DNA from: Wickerhamiella versatilis
Lineage: Eukaryota
Direction: 5' to 3'
NCBI GenBank assembly: GCA_030867685.1
Contig: JAQOWU010000007.1
Span: 1,364,001-1,428,000 of the forward strand
DNA length: 64,000 nt
Shown here: piece by piece, positions 1 through 8,822 of the stretch
Layout of the letters: the number at the start of each line of letters is the position of its first letter
How positions within the stretch are numbered: the stretch's first letter is position 1
Position numbers and translations under genes: made by a program
Notes under the pieces: model-generated
Seen by the model: the letters and a program-made list of their open reading frames with translations, nothing else
What the model was told of the DNA's origin: nothing
Databases searched by the model: none

Positions 1-306
1 AATCTGCCACAGAACATCTGTGTCTTGTAGATTAACCTTAAACTCCAAAGCTCTACTATCTGCAGATAACATTCCTGCATGCTTTGTACTCTTGCGTGAT
101 GTACCTATGACAATCTGGTATTCTGCTGAAGCACTTTCGTTGAATAATGCTTCGGAGATAATGTCGATTAACCAGACGTGTTGATGGTTTCCCGAGATGG
201 GTAACTGAATACACCAGTGACTCGCTGCATGAAGATGATTTTCATATCGAGGCTGTTCTGATTCATCCACTACTTTATTTGCTTCTTGGTAAGACAGAGG
301 TCTCAT
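1..306 (-). CDS. Probable 5' part of an unidentified protein-coding gene running off the left edge
   Basis: Manual translation: ATG at 306 opens 102 stop-free codons (MRPLSYQEANKVVDESEQPRY...LQDTDVLWQI) to position 1; absent from the ORF track because truncated. ATGGGCCCTG motif just upstream. Confidence 0.5.
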   Translation of the reverse strand, partial: MRPLSYQEANKVVDESEQPRYENHLHAASHWCIQLPISGNHQHVWLIDIISEALFNESASAEYQIVIGTSRKSTKHAGMLSADSRALEFKVNLQDTDVLWQI

Positions 307-848
307 GTCAACATAGAGAGAAAATGGGCCCTGAAGATACGCGGCGCGCAGCGGGAGTGTTTCAAGGTTCTTGACCCGAAGCCACAAGCATGGGCGGGCA
401 CATTCGGGAATTGGGGTATAGCTGACCGTATATCGGCACAATTGGCCTAATTTAAGACGGGACTGGGACTGGAAAAGAACGATCCCAGGATCCTCATCGT
501 CCATAGTATAGTCAGCTGACTAATCTGATGTCCCATCAGCACCGATATTATCTATTTGACATTCGGTGGATGTACAGTGTGTGTTTGGCACTGATACACA
601 ATCGTAAGTATATAAAAAACACGCGTCCATTAGAGACTATACCTATGAGCTGGTACGTGGGTGAGTATTACTACCCAACCGGCTATTTATATAGTGCTTT
701 GCATAGACATGATCTTTAGAAGAACAGGATATACTTGAATTTTCATTTTCAGTGATCTCACCTAAATACTATCCCCCCAAATTTTTAGAGAGGGCCGCAT
801 GCGTTACTTTTAGTAGTATTCGTATATAATAGGTAGCTCACCAGCAAA

Positions 849-1169
849 TTAGAACTGTAGAGCAGCGCCCTTGACCTTCTTTTCACCACCGAGCTCGAAG
901 TGCTTGGTACGCTTGAGAGAGAGCTGAGCCTTCGTCTTGCACTTGGTGCACTCGAGACGCAAGACTACCTTCTTGGTGGTCTTCGCCTTTCTGTGGAAGA
1001 TAGGACGGGTCTGACCACCATAACCACGCTGCTTGCGGTCGTACCGCCTCTTACCCTGAGCATACAAAGATGCCTTACCAGCCTTGTACTGGGTCACCTT
1101 GTGAGGAGTGTGGCGGCGACAGTCCTTGCCTTTGCAAAAGGTGTTACGCGACTTCGGGACGTTAACCAT
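849..1169 (-). CDS. RPL42: 60S ribosomal protein eL42 (L42/L36a), intronless
   Basis: [34 protein letters not shown]; 106 aa. Confidence 0.98.
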   Translation of the reverse strand: MVNVPKSRNTFCKGKDCRRHTPHKVTQYKAGKASLYAQGKRRYDRKQRGYGGQTRPIFHRKAKTTKKVVLRLECTKCKTKAQLSLKRTKHFELGGEKKVKGAALQF

Positions 1170-1238
1170 TGGTGCTGGTAGCGATCAACGCTTGCCTGGA
1201 CAGAGTCGGTGATGGTAATCCTGATTATGTAACTTGGT

Positions 1239-1299
1239 GATGGGCCCTGAGCCCTGTTGACATAATCGGATTAAGATACCGGGCCACGGATGGGCCCTG
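1239..1299. promoter_or_regulatory. Duplicated GATGGGCCCTG element upstream of RPL42
   Basis: Exact 11-mer at 1239-1249 and 1289-1299 (50 bp apart); ATGGGCCCTG also at 324-333. Confidence 0.5.
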
Positions 1300-1523
1300 G
1301 CAAATAGGGAAAATATATACGAACAGCGAGCGCTCGGACAATACTCAAAAGGGCACCGCAATTCTAAATGTGCAGAATGCCTTCCAGGAGGCCGGTGCTA
1401 CATGCCACTTAAAAAGTCATCTAGATTTACCCTTATTAGAGAGCTAGCATTTATACAAAAGTATAGCCAGTGAGAGATACTACTAGCCATAAAAGCTTCT
1501 CGATAGAAATAACATGACCGCCA

Positions 1524-2156
1524 TCATGCGCTGTCAGAGCCCGCTTCTTTTCCCCCCACTGACTTACTGAGTTCATCTGGTAACGGAACGCTGGTCTCAC
1601 TGCTGGGAGGGGAGGCAAGGAACTCCTCAATTCCCTTCTTCAGAGGCGATTCCTCGCTCTCAGACTTGATTTCGGATGCAGCAGCGGGCACTGATTCCAC
1701 GGCAGGGATAGAGGTTTCGCTATTGGGCTGAGACGCGACAAATTCGTCCGCCTCCTTCTTAACCTCCTCCTTCACGGAGTTAAGCTTTGTTGCTAGGATT
1801 TCAGAGGTTGTACTTTCACCTGAAGCCTTAGATTCCGGCTTGGAATCAGCCTTTTCATCACGAGGCTGGGGAGCAACAAATTGCTTCAATTCTTCCTTGA
1901 TGCCGCCAAGTACACCCACATCCTTGGATGCAGGCTTGGGCCATTCTCTCTTGAAGGATTCAGTCTTTCGTAGACCAGCGAGCTGAATCTGGCCGTGTGT
2001 TTGGTAGGAAAGATAACCAAGACCAGCTGGAATCAAGCCAACGACCACTAGGAGAAAAATGCCACTACTACGGTTGATACGGAAATACTTTTGCGTATTG
2101 GACCGCATAGCGGCCCAATTCTCGACCGCGGGGTCTTTTCTCAGGGCACCAGCCAT
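1524..2156 (-). CDS. Complex I accessory subunit NDUFB4/NB5M (B15) with long acidic C-terminal extension
   Basis: N-terminal ~70 aa DPAVENWAAMRSNTQKYFRIN + single TM (GIFLLVVVGLIPAGLGYLSY) + AGLRK resembles fungal NDUFB4. Confidence 0.8.
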   Translation of the reverse strand: MAGALRKDPAVENWAAMRSNTQKYFRINRSSGIFLLVVVGLIPAGLGYLSYQTHGQIQLAGLRKTESFKREWPKPASKDVGVLGGIKEELKQFVAPQPRDEKADSKPESKASGESTTSEILATKLNSVKEEVKKEADEFVASQPNSETSIPAVESVPAAASEIKSESEESPLKKGIEEFLASPPSSETSVPLPDELSKSVGGKEAGSDSA

Positions 2157-2825
2157 CGTTTACTGCTGTCAGTCTTGACTCGAAACTGCTGACAAACGCA
2201 GAGGTCCTTATAGGGCGAGCTCCCCTGAACCCGAATAATCTTTCGTGAGAGTCAAATGACTTCTTTGGTATTCCTACGAATAAACTAGCCGTTCTTAATT
2301 TTTAAATGAATAATAAGGCATCCAGCTTATGGGTAAAAGTACGATAAGATAAGATGTATTCGAGCTAGTGCCATATACTCGCTTGGTGGTGACGAGATGT
2401 TTAACATCTGGCTGTTATCGTGCAATTTGTGTTTCTTTCGCGGTAATGTTTAATTGACGTCCCATATGTTGGGCTTTTGGCAAAAAATAAAAAAAAACTA
2501 CAGCACCTGACGTTCTCACGTGGTCTCCCACCGTAATACTGAATCAGGCTCTTAGCAGCTTATGTATGGCTGATCGGACGGGAAGCCCAGTTACCTGCTA
2601 GATATGGCCGTAGCTATCCAAACTATGCATTGCAAATCATTTGATCTTCACCGATTTTTCCTTCAACCTGTCACATTCTGTCAAAATCTGATGCGAGACT
2701 GGATCATGCATGCTGAGCCCCTTATAAATATGAATACTTCCGTAGCGCATTTTAAAAACTAGGTAAAAGACTACAAATGTTTGGTCTAATAAAACAAACT
2801 GACATTGATTTAACTTAGACATTTT

Positions 2826-3260
2826 CTACTCCTCCTTGAAAAGCTCCTCGTGCAGCGTGATCCCCAGCTCCTCACGGATATCATGGAGCTCTGCCAAATA
2901 GGCATCATACTGAGACTTCGACTCCACCTTGCTACGAAGGGCCTCGAATACCCGCGATGCCGTAGCGTAGTCATTAACACGACGAGCAGCTTTGAGGGCA
3001 TGCTCTAGAACAGTGGGTGCTGGAACAAGATCGTAAGCAAACACATTGTTCAGAACACGCTGAACTTCGTAGACATCATAGGCATCGTCGAACTCCTGCT
3101 CAAACTTTTTCGAGAACTCCTCGTAACTGAGATCGTCGGAGGAATAAAAACGGACAGCACGACTAAGAGGGGTAGCAAGCTGTGGGCGCTGCACAAGCGG
3201 CCGCACATAGGCTGCTGTGGCAGCACGAAGGGCAGGTCGAGCAGCAAGACGATAGAGCAT
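2826..3260 (-). CDS. COX6: Cytochrome c oxidase subunit 6 (COX5A family), mitochondrial presequence
   Basis: Arg-rich presequence; EVQRVLNNVFAYDLVPAP..ALKAARRVNDYATA.RVFEAL. Confidence 0.96.
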   Translation of the reverse strand: MLYRLAARPALRAATAAYVRPLVQRPQLATPLSRAVRFYSSDDLSYEEFSKKFEQEFDDAYDVYEVQRVLNNVFAYDLVPAPTVLEHALKAARRVNDYATASRVFEALRSKVESKSQYDAYLAELHDIREELGITLHEELFKEE

Positions 3261-3438
3261 TAGTGAAGCAAATGATTGGTCGAGTCAGCAGAACGGGAGA
3301 AACTGATGTGTTAGTAAGCGATTCGTTTACGAGCGACTATCCGATTGTGGAGGGAGTTATCTAAGATATATTTTTGTGTGGAGTGGCTAAGGATGAAGAG
3401 GAAGAAAATAATAACGTATATATGGAGAAGCAAGTCAT

Positions 3439-5247
3439 TCACCATGGCTTATCTTTAAGCAATAAATTAAGAGATTTTTCATCGAGCTTGTCATCTCGGT
3501 GAAAGTCGGTTATGTACCAAGGGCCAGCTTGGTAACACCATGAGACACTTGAGGGTGGGTATTCTCGCTGTTCTGTATGAAACATTGCCTCATTTCCTTG
3601 GGGATCAGTGACTGGCCTACCCCGCCGATTGGTGCGTACGAACGGCCGTAGCGTGACGATACGGCACCCGTCGGGGAGAAGTTTGGCGAACATGTCCCGC
3701 ATTTTTATGTTCAGAGAGTCCTCGAACAACAGGTTGGTAGCCAGTACCACATCTGCTCGTGATAGGGCACGCAATATGGGCTCCGTCAGAAAGAAATCTC
3801 CTTCCACAAGATGCACAGGTCCCATATCAAGACCCCACGCATTTGCCCGTGCCTGCACCTCAACGAGCTGTTTCTGCGCTATGCGTGCCGGGGTTGGCAT
3901 CATCTCGCAGCCCCAGCCTTCTGCACCGAATTCGAGAGCAGCTTGCAGAGCAATGGAGCCCACGCCGGAACCGAGATCAACAAATACTTCCCGCCGCTTC
4001 TTCTGTCCAAGACCTGCTTCTCGCATAAACTGTGATGCAAAAAACGGCAGCAGCTCGCCATAGGTCGCGCTCCCATTTCTTGAGGCAACCAGATCAAAAG
4101 CCAGAGGACTCACCGTACGTGAATATGCCTGGACCATTAATTCACAAGCTACCTCCGCTCCATATCCCTGTGATCGCCGCCAGCTAACTTTGCATTCAGA
4201 GGTGCTCGCATTGAACTCTTCTATAGATCGTTGGAAGCCAAAAAGATCATAACTGTCTATTGACTGCTTGATAGCCTTGTAATTTTCATCAAATGAATGA
4301 TTAGTAGCCAACGACCACAGCTCAACCACGCGCATGAGTTCCTCCAATGGGGCAAAATTAAAAGGTTTGACGGGATCTGATGCATTATAGAGCTCGGTAC
4401 CATTTGGCAAGCGAATATTAAATACAACGTCTTGACGAAAGTGCGATAATTGCGGGGTGATCCATGCTGCTTGGACCATTCTTCCGTCATTCCAATCGGC
4501 TGGACGTAAGGGTGCCTGAGGCTCGCGATGGAAGCGGCCACTTGTGTGGTACTCTGGGCGACACATGTCACAGAAGTAGGCTGAAGGCGCATCACTGGGC
4601 GATGAGAAACCGAAGCATGAGCCATGTTGCCAGACCAAGCATTCTTCACATTGAACTACAAAACCTCGGTATTCCTGGGTATGACAGATACAGCCAAATC
4701 TGTCGCCAGAATCCCAGTCAGCCCCTTCTATCGGCTGCGAGCGCAAGATTGATGCCACACGACCAGTCATCTTGCTGGGGGGCTGTCCCTTTTTCGGAAC
4801 CTCAGGCCGTACAGGTTTCGAGCACAGCAATACGGGGTCGCCTGGAGCAAGACCTGGAAAAGAGGGTGAATTCCTCTTGCTAGGATGTCTTTTTCCACTG
4901 CGGGTCCTGGCCCTTGGCGGACCCCGCGAGTCAGCATCGCCTAAGCGTCTTCTCTTCAAAACAGGCTCCTCTGGAGGTGTCAGAGGAATATCAGGGCCCT
5001 CTCGCTTTGGCAACTCCTCTATATCTTTTTGGACAGGCCCCTCGGGTTCGAACAGTAGCTTTGAAGCTAGTAAGAGTGACGCAGTCGAAAAAGGAAGCAT
5101 TGCCTCTCCTAGCTCTGACTGCTCCTGCTCCTGATCTTTGGGGGTTCCAAGAAAAAAGCAAAGTGCCAACCCGAATGAAATAGAGGCTAATGGGGCCATG
5201 AGAACCCCCGCCTCCTGCCATTCTGTGGCCTTCCTTGACGAAACCAT
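3439..5247 (-). CDS. DOT1: DOT1-family histone H3K79 methyltransferase carrying a PHD finger (true start may be a downstream Met)
   Basis: YGELLP, motif I FVDLGSGVG..LQAALEFG, GCEM, GDFF, C-terminal SVSW..G..Y; upstream C4HC3 PHD CIC..VQCEEC.VWQHGSC..YFCDMCRP at 4561-4692. Confidence 0.88.
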   Translation of the reverse strand: MVSSRKATEWQEAGVLMAPLASISFGLALCFFLGTPKDQEQEQSELGEAMLPFSTASLLLASKLLFEPEGPVQKDIEELPKREGPDIPLTPPEEPVLKRRRLGDADSRGPPRARTRSGKRHPSKRNSPSFPGLAPGDPVLLCSKPVRPEVPKKGQPPSKMTGRVASILRSQPIEGADWDSGDRFGCICHTQEYRGFVVQCEECLVWQHGSCFGFSSPSDAPSAYFCDMCRPEYHTSGRFHREPQAPLRPADWNDGRMVQAAWITPQLSHFRQDVVFNIRLPNGTELYNASDPVKPFNFAPLEELMRVVELWSLATNHSFDENYKAIKQSIDSYDLFGFQRSIEEFNASTSECKVSWRRSQGYGAEVACELMVQAYSRTVSPLAFDLVASRNGSATYGELLPFFASQFMREAGLGQKKRREVFVDLGSGVGSIALQAALEFGAEGWGCEMMPTPARIAQKQLVEVQARANAWGLDMGPVHLVEGDFFLTEPILRALSRADVVLATNLLFEDSLNIKMRDMFAKLLPDGCRIVTLRPFVRTNRRGRPVTDPQGNEAMFHTEQREYPPSSVSWCYQAGPWYITDFHRDDKLDEKSLNLLLKDKPW

Positions 5248-5427
5248 GTATTAATAATCAATAAGAGTAAACATGCCCTCAGTATACAAACTACCATGGC
5301 TCTCATATATCTGGAGAATACTCTCTGAAATATCATACAATCAACAAAGCAAAAGGTAAAAGAGTATCTAAAACTTTATCACTACCACCATATTTACACA
5401 TCATAAATGGTGTTATCAATAGATGAT

Positions 5428-7008
5428 TTAAGAAGGAATCTCCTTGTGCACACCGAGACCGCTGGAAATCTGGCCGATACGCACAGCCTTCACTTCGGTG
5501 TAGTTGTTAAGGACCTCAGCGCCAAGCTCACGTCCGTGGCCAGACTCCTTGAATCCACCGAAAGGCATGTGGTGCGAAATAACATTGTAGCAGTTAACCC
5601 ACACCGTACCAGCCTTAAGATGGTTGGCCACATAGAGGGCACGGTTCAAGTTCGTGGTATGGACACCGGCAGCAAGACCATAAGGCGTGTCATTAGCCAT
5701 GTTAATAACCTCATCGACATCGTGGAAGGTGATTGCTGCAAGTACGGGGCCGAAAATCTCCTCCTGTGCAATCTTATGATGATTCTTCACATCATAGAAG
5801 ATAGTGGGCTCCACGAAGAATCCATTGCCATCGCTACGGTGGCCACCAGTGAGGATGTGGGCCTCGTTCTTACCCTCGTCAATATATTCCATAACCTTGT
5901 CGAACTGCTCACGGTTGGTTTGCGCGCCGTAAAAGCTGTTCGGGTCAAATGGATCACCAATGGTGATGTTGTCAACACGAGCCTTAAGTGCCTCAAGGAA
6001 CCTGTCCTTGATGCCAGCCTGGACGAAGAGACGAGTACCAGCGCAGCACACTTCACCTTGGTTATAGAAAATACCAATCAAAACGGAATTAACAGCCTGT
6101 TCAAAGTCAGCGTCATCAAAAACGATATTGGGACTCTTTCCTCCAAGCTCTAAAGTCACTCTCTTGAGGTTCGACTTCGCAGAAGCCTCCAAGACCTTGC
6201 GGCCAGTTCCAGTGCTACCAGTGAAAGCGATCTTCTTGATTTCAGGGTGAGATGAGATGTACGCGCCAGTCGCACCACCACCAGAAATGATATTCACAAC
6301 ACCCTTAGGAACACCAGCCTCATTCATAAGGCTCGCGAACAACAAGGCAGTGAGTGGGGTAGACTCAGCACTCTTCAAAATAACAGTGTTGCCACAGGCG
6401 AGTGCAGGGGCAATCTTCCACGCAAGCATCATAAGGGGGAAATTCCATGGGATAACCATACCACAGATACCGATTGGCTCCCGGCGGGTGTAATTGAAAG
6501 AGTCAATATCCACATCGACAACCTTACCAAAATGCTTTCCAACGAAGCCAGAGTAATACTTGAAGCAACCGATTACGCCGTCGACGTCACCAGCGGACAT
6601 CGAAAGCGTCTTACCGTTATCCCAAGTTTCAACAGCAGCAAATGTTTCCTTGTTCTTTTCGATCAGTTCAGCAATCCTGTAAATAATGGCCGAACGTTCG
6701 TCGACACTAATATGTTCCCAACCCAGAGTTGCAGCCTTAGCAGCCTCGACCGCTGCATCAATATCAGCATTTCCAGCATCGGCAAGATCGACAATCTTCT
6801 TTTCCGTGGATGGAGAAATAACCTCGAACTCCTTTCCAGACTTTGCGGAAACGAACTCTCCGTTAATGAACAACCCAGTCGGCTGATTGTACTCAATACC
6901 GTTAGGGGTCGTCAACTTTTGGGCTGGCTTCACCGCCATAAGCGTGCGCGTGAAGCCAAAACCCCTGCGAAGCATCGGGCTAACAGAACTCGCGATCCTG
7001 AGGGCCAT
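5428..7008 (-). CDS. Mitochondrial NAD(P)+ aldehyde dehydrogenase (Ald4/Ald5-like)
   Basis: PWNFP, FTGST, LELGGKSP, GEVCCAG, EEIFGP, PFGGFKESG; basic presequence. Confidence 0.95.
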   Translation of the reverse strand: MALRIASSVSPMLRRGFGFTRTLMAVKPAQKLTTPNGIEYNQPTGLFINGEFVSAKSGKEFEVISPSTEKKIVDLADAGNADIDAAVEAAKAATLGWEHISVDERSAIIYRIAELIEKNKETFAAVETWDNGKTLSMSAGDVDGVIGCFKYYSGFVGKHFGKVVDVDIDSFNYTRREPIGICGMVIPWNFPLMMLAWKIAPALACGNTVILKSAESTPLTALLFASLMNEAGVPKGVVNIISGGGATGAYISSHPEIKKIAFTGSTGTGRKVLEASAKSNLKRVTLELGGKSPNIVFDDADFEQAVNSVLIGIFYNQGEVCCAGTRLFVQAGIKDRFLEALKARVDNITIGDPFDPNSFYGAQTNREQFDKVMEYIDEGKNEAHILTGGHRSDGNGFFVEPTIFYDVKNHHKIAQEEIFGPVLAAITFHDVDEVINMANDTPYGLAAGVHTTNLNRALYVANHLKAGTVWVNCYNVISHHMPFGGFKESGHGRELGAEVLNNYTEVKAVRIGQISSGLGVHKEIPS

Positions 7009-7716
7009 GGTTCGTAAAGGTTCTACAAAGCTTTACGTGTTCTCTACAGGCTTTTATAAGAGGGGCTCTACAAGGGTGAGGGTCTTGGATCTGATTACTA
7101 CTGTTTGCTCTGCCCAGCCAGGGTAGCTTCAACCATATGGCATCACTTCCAATTTTAATGAATACATGAGAAGTAGCATCGAACCCATCGAATGATCGCC
7201 CAATAGCAAATCTGGAACCAGGGGTGGGGGCGAGAATATGGCTTAACAACTGGATGACTTTCCAACAACTCAACCCCAGTAAACCTAACCCCGATCGCCT
7301 AACCCAACAATTCGGCTGGTCGGCCTGGTCCCCGGCCCGTAAGAAATCAAAGGGAGTTATGGTCGGACTTGCACCTTGAGCCGATAAGGGTTTTCAACGT
7401 AATTGTTTTATTTTTCATTCTAGTGGGTGTTAAATGTTTCGAGGTAAAGTCATGTGTTTCTACCCCGCATGCCTGTCAAGCCCTAAGTATGCTTATGTAA
7501 TACATAACGTTTAGCGCCTGTGCGTCGTAAAGCATCACAGGGGGCAATCCAAATTAGGAAGGTACCACTGCAATCAACGCTAGAGTTACTTTTGGATGAC
7601 CTCAATTGATTCCACTTTCCGAGGAAGGCAGGTGCCGAGGAAGGCAGGCCCACCGTAGCATAGTGTATATAGCTATCTTACACTTAAGGTGTGATACTTG
7701 GAGTGAAGGAAAAACA

Positions 7717-8613
7717 ATGCTTCATTTTGCCTTTCTGGCTATTGCTGCCACCGCTTTGGCTGTGCCATCGGACGATGAAGCTTCACAGGCCGCGCAGCTG
7801 GTGGAGACCCTTGAGACAAGTCCTAATCCATATCTTGCTGAAGAGGCATCTGCTGCCCCTGAAATCGCGATAGCACCCACCTCCCCAGCGATCCTTAGGC
7901 AGAATCTGTGCCCTGGTGATCGTGAGAGAGGAGGTCGGCGCGGTTACAATGACTGCTACTATGAAGGTAACGTCCGACCACCAGTACGCAGGCCTTATCG
8001 TGGCAGTGGCAATGGCAATTACCACGGTAATTCTCCAGTGGAGCCAATGCCTCCAGCTGTTGAGGGTGAGCCTGATGAGCCTGCTCCACTTACCCCTGAG
8101 CGCGTTGTGCACACGTTCACCAAGGCCCACACAAAGACACAAACATCGACCGACTACTTCGTGGAAACAGAGTACCGGACAAGAACAGTGACGGACACTC
8201 TTTATCATACAAACACCTCATTGCATTATCCTGAACAGACGTACACTCTAACTGGTTATGATACATTCTACGAATACCCTGGATTTACACAAATTGGCGG
8301 TACTCACCGTGCTGACCACGACATTTCGCCAATTGCAACCCCAGCAACAGGCTCTGAGGGCCCTATCACTCGCCCCGTACCCGTTATCACAGAAGCCCCG
8401 ATTTATCCTCGTCCTGATCGTGAACCACATCGCGGTGACTTATACCGTGGGGGCGCCTACCGTGGGGAGCCATATCACTACCGTGGTGGTGAGCCTTGTG
8501 ATGATCGTATCCCACCTCGTCGTGAGCGCGAGCGCGACAGCGACTGTGCACCATCTCCCGCCCCACGCCGCCATCGGTGGTTTGGGCGTCGCCGGGGTTC
8601 TGACTGCGACTAA
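7717..8613 (+). CDS. Orphan secreted Pro/Thr/Arg-rich protein
   Basis: First ATG 7717 in AAAACAATG context gives signal peptide MLHFAFLAIAATALA; TATATA at 7666; Thr-rich middle, YRG repeats and RGD near C-terminus. Confidence 0.75.
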   Translation: MLHFAFLAIAATALAVPSDDEASQAAQLVETLETSPNPYLAEEASAAPEIAIAPTSPAILRQNLCPGDRERGGRRGYNDCYYEGNVRPPVRRPYRGSGNGNYHGNSPVEPMPPAVEGEPDEPAPLTPERVVHTFTKAHTKTQTSTDYFVETEYRTRTVTDTLYHTNTSLHYPEQTYTLTGYDTFYEYPGFTQIGGTHRADHDISPIATPATGSEGPITRPVPVITEAPIYPRPDREPHRGDLYRGGAYRGEPYHYRGGEPCDDRIPPRRERERDSDCAPSPAPRRHRWFGRRRGSDCD

Positions 8614-8813
8614 AGAATTTAGTCCCACAATAAGATCATTTACCAGTATACGAAGGGAATCTGGTCAATAAGCAATAAACATAAACTAATCGAATTACAG
8701 ATGCGAGTGACGACAATTTCGGTATTTGGCTCGCTAGTTTGCTTCTGAATAGGTGGATCTACCCTATCCCTGTACACTCAGGGGGTTCCTATTTGACGTG
8801 ACCAGGGAACCTA

Positions 8814-8822
8814 GTCACGTGA
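8814..8822. promoter_or_regulatory. Cbf1-type bHLH E-box GTCACGTGA
   Basis: Match to RTCACGTG in intergenic DNA upstream of the arrestin gene; TCACGTG also at 2516-2522. Confidence 0.4.

Noticed and set aside
3303-3330. GTAAAC...TACTAAC-ACATCAG on the minus strand in the COX6 leader
   Set aside because: It would be a 28-nt intron, shorter than usual yeast introns; ACTAA-like strings precede several ATGs here. Junction reads would be needed.
5407-7017. Long antisense ORFs (248 aa, 161 aa) opposite the aldehyde dehydrogenase
   Set aside because: Codon-register mirrors of a strongly biased gene; no independent protein features.
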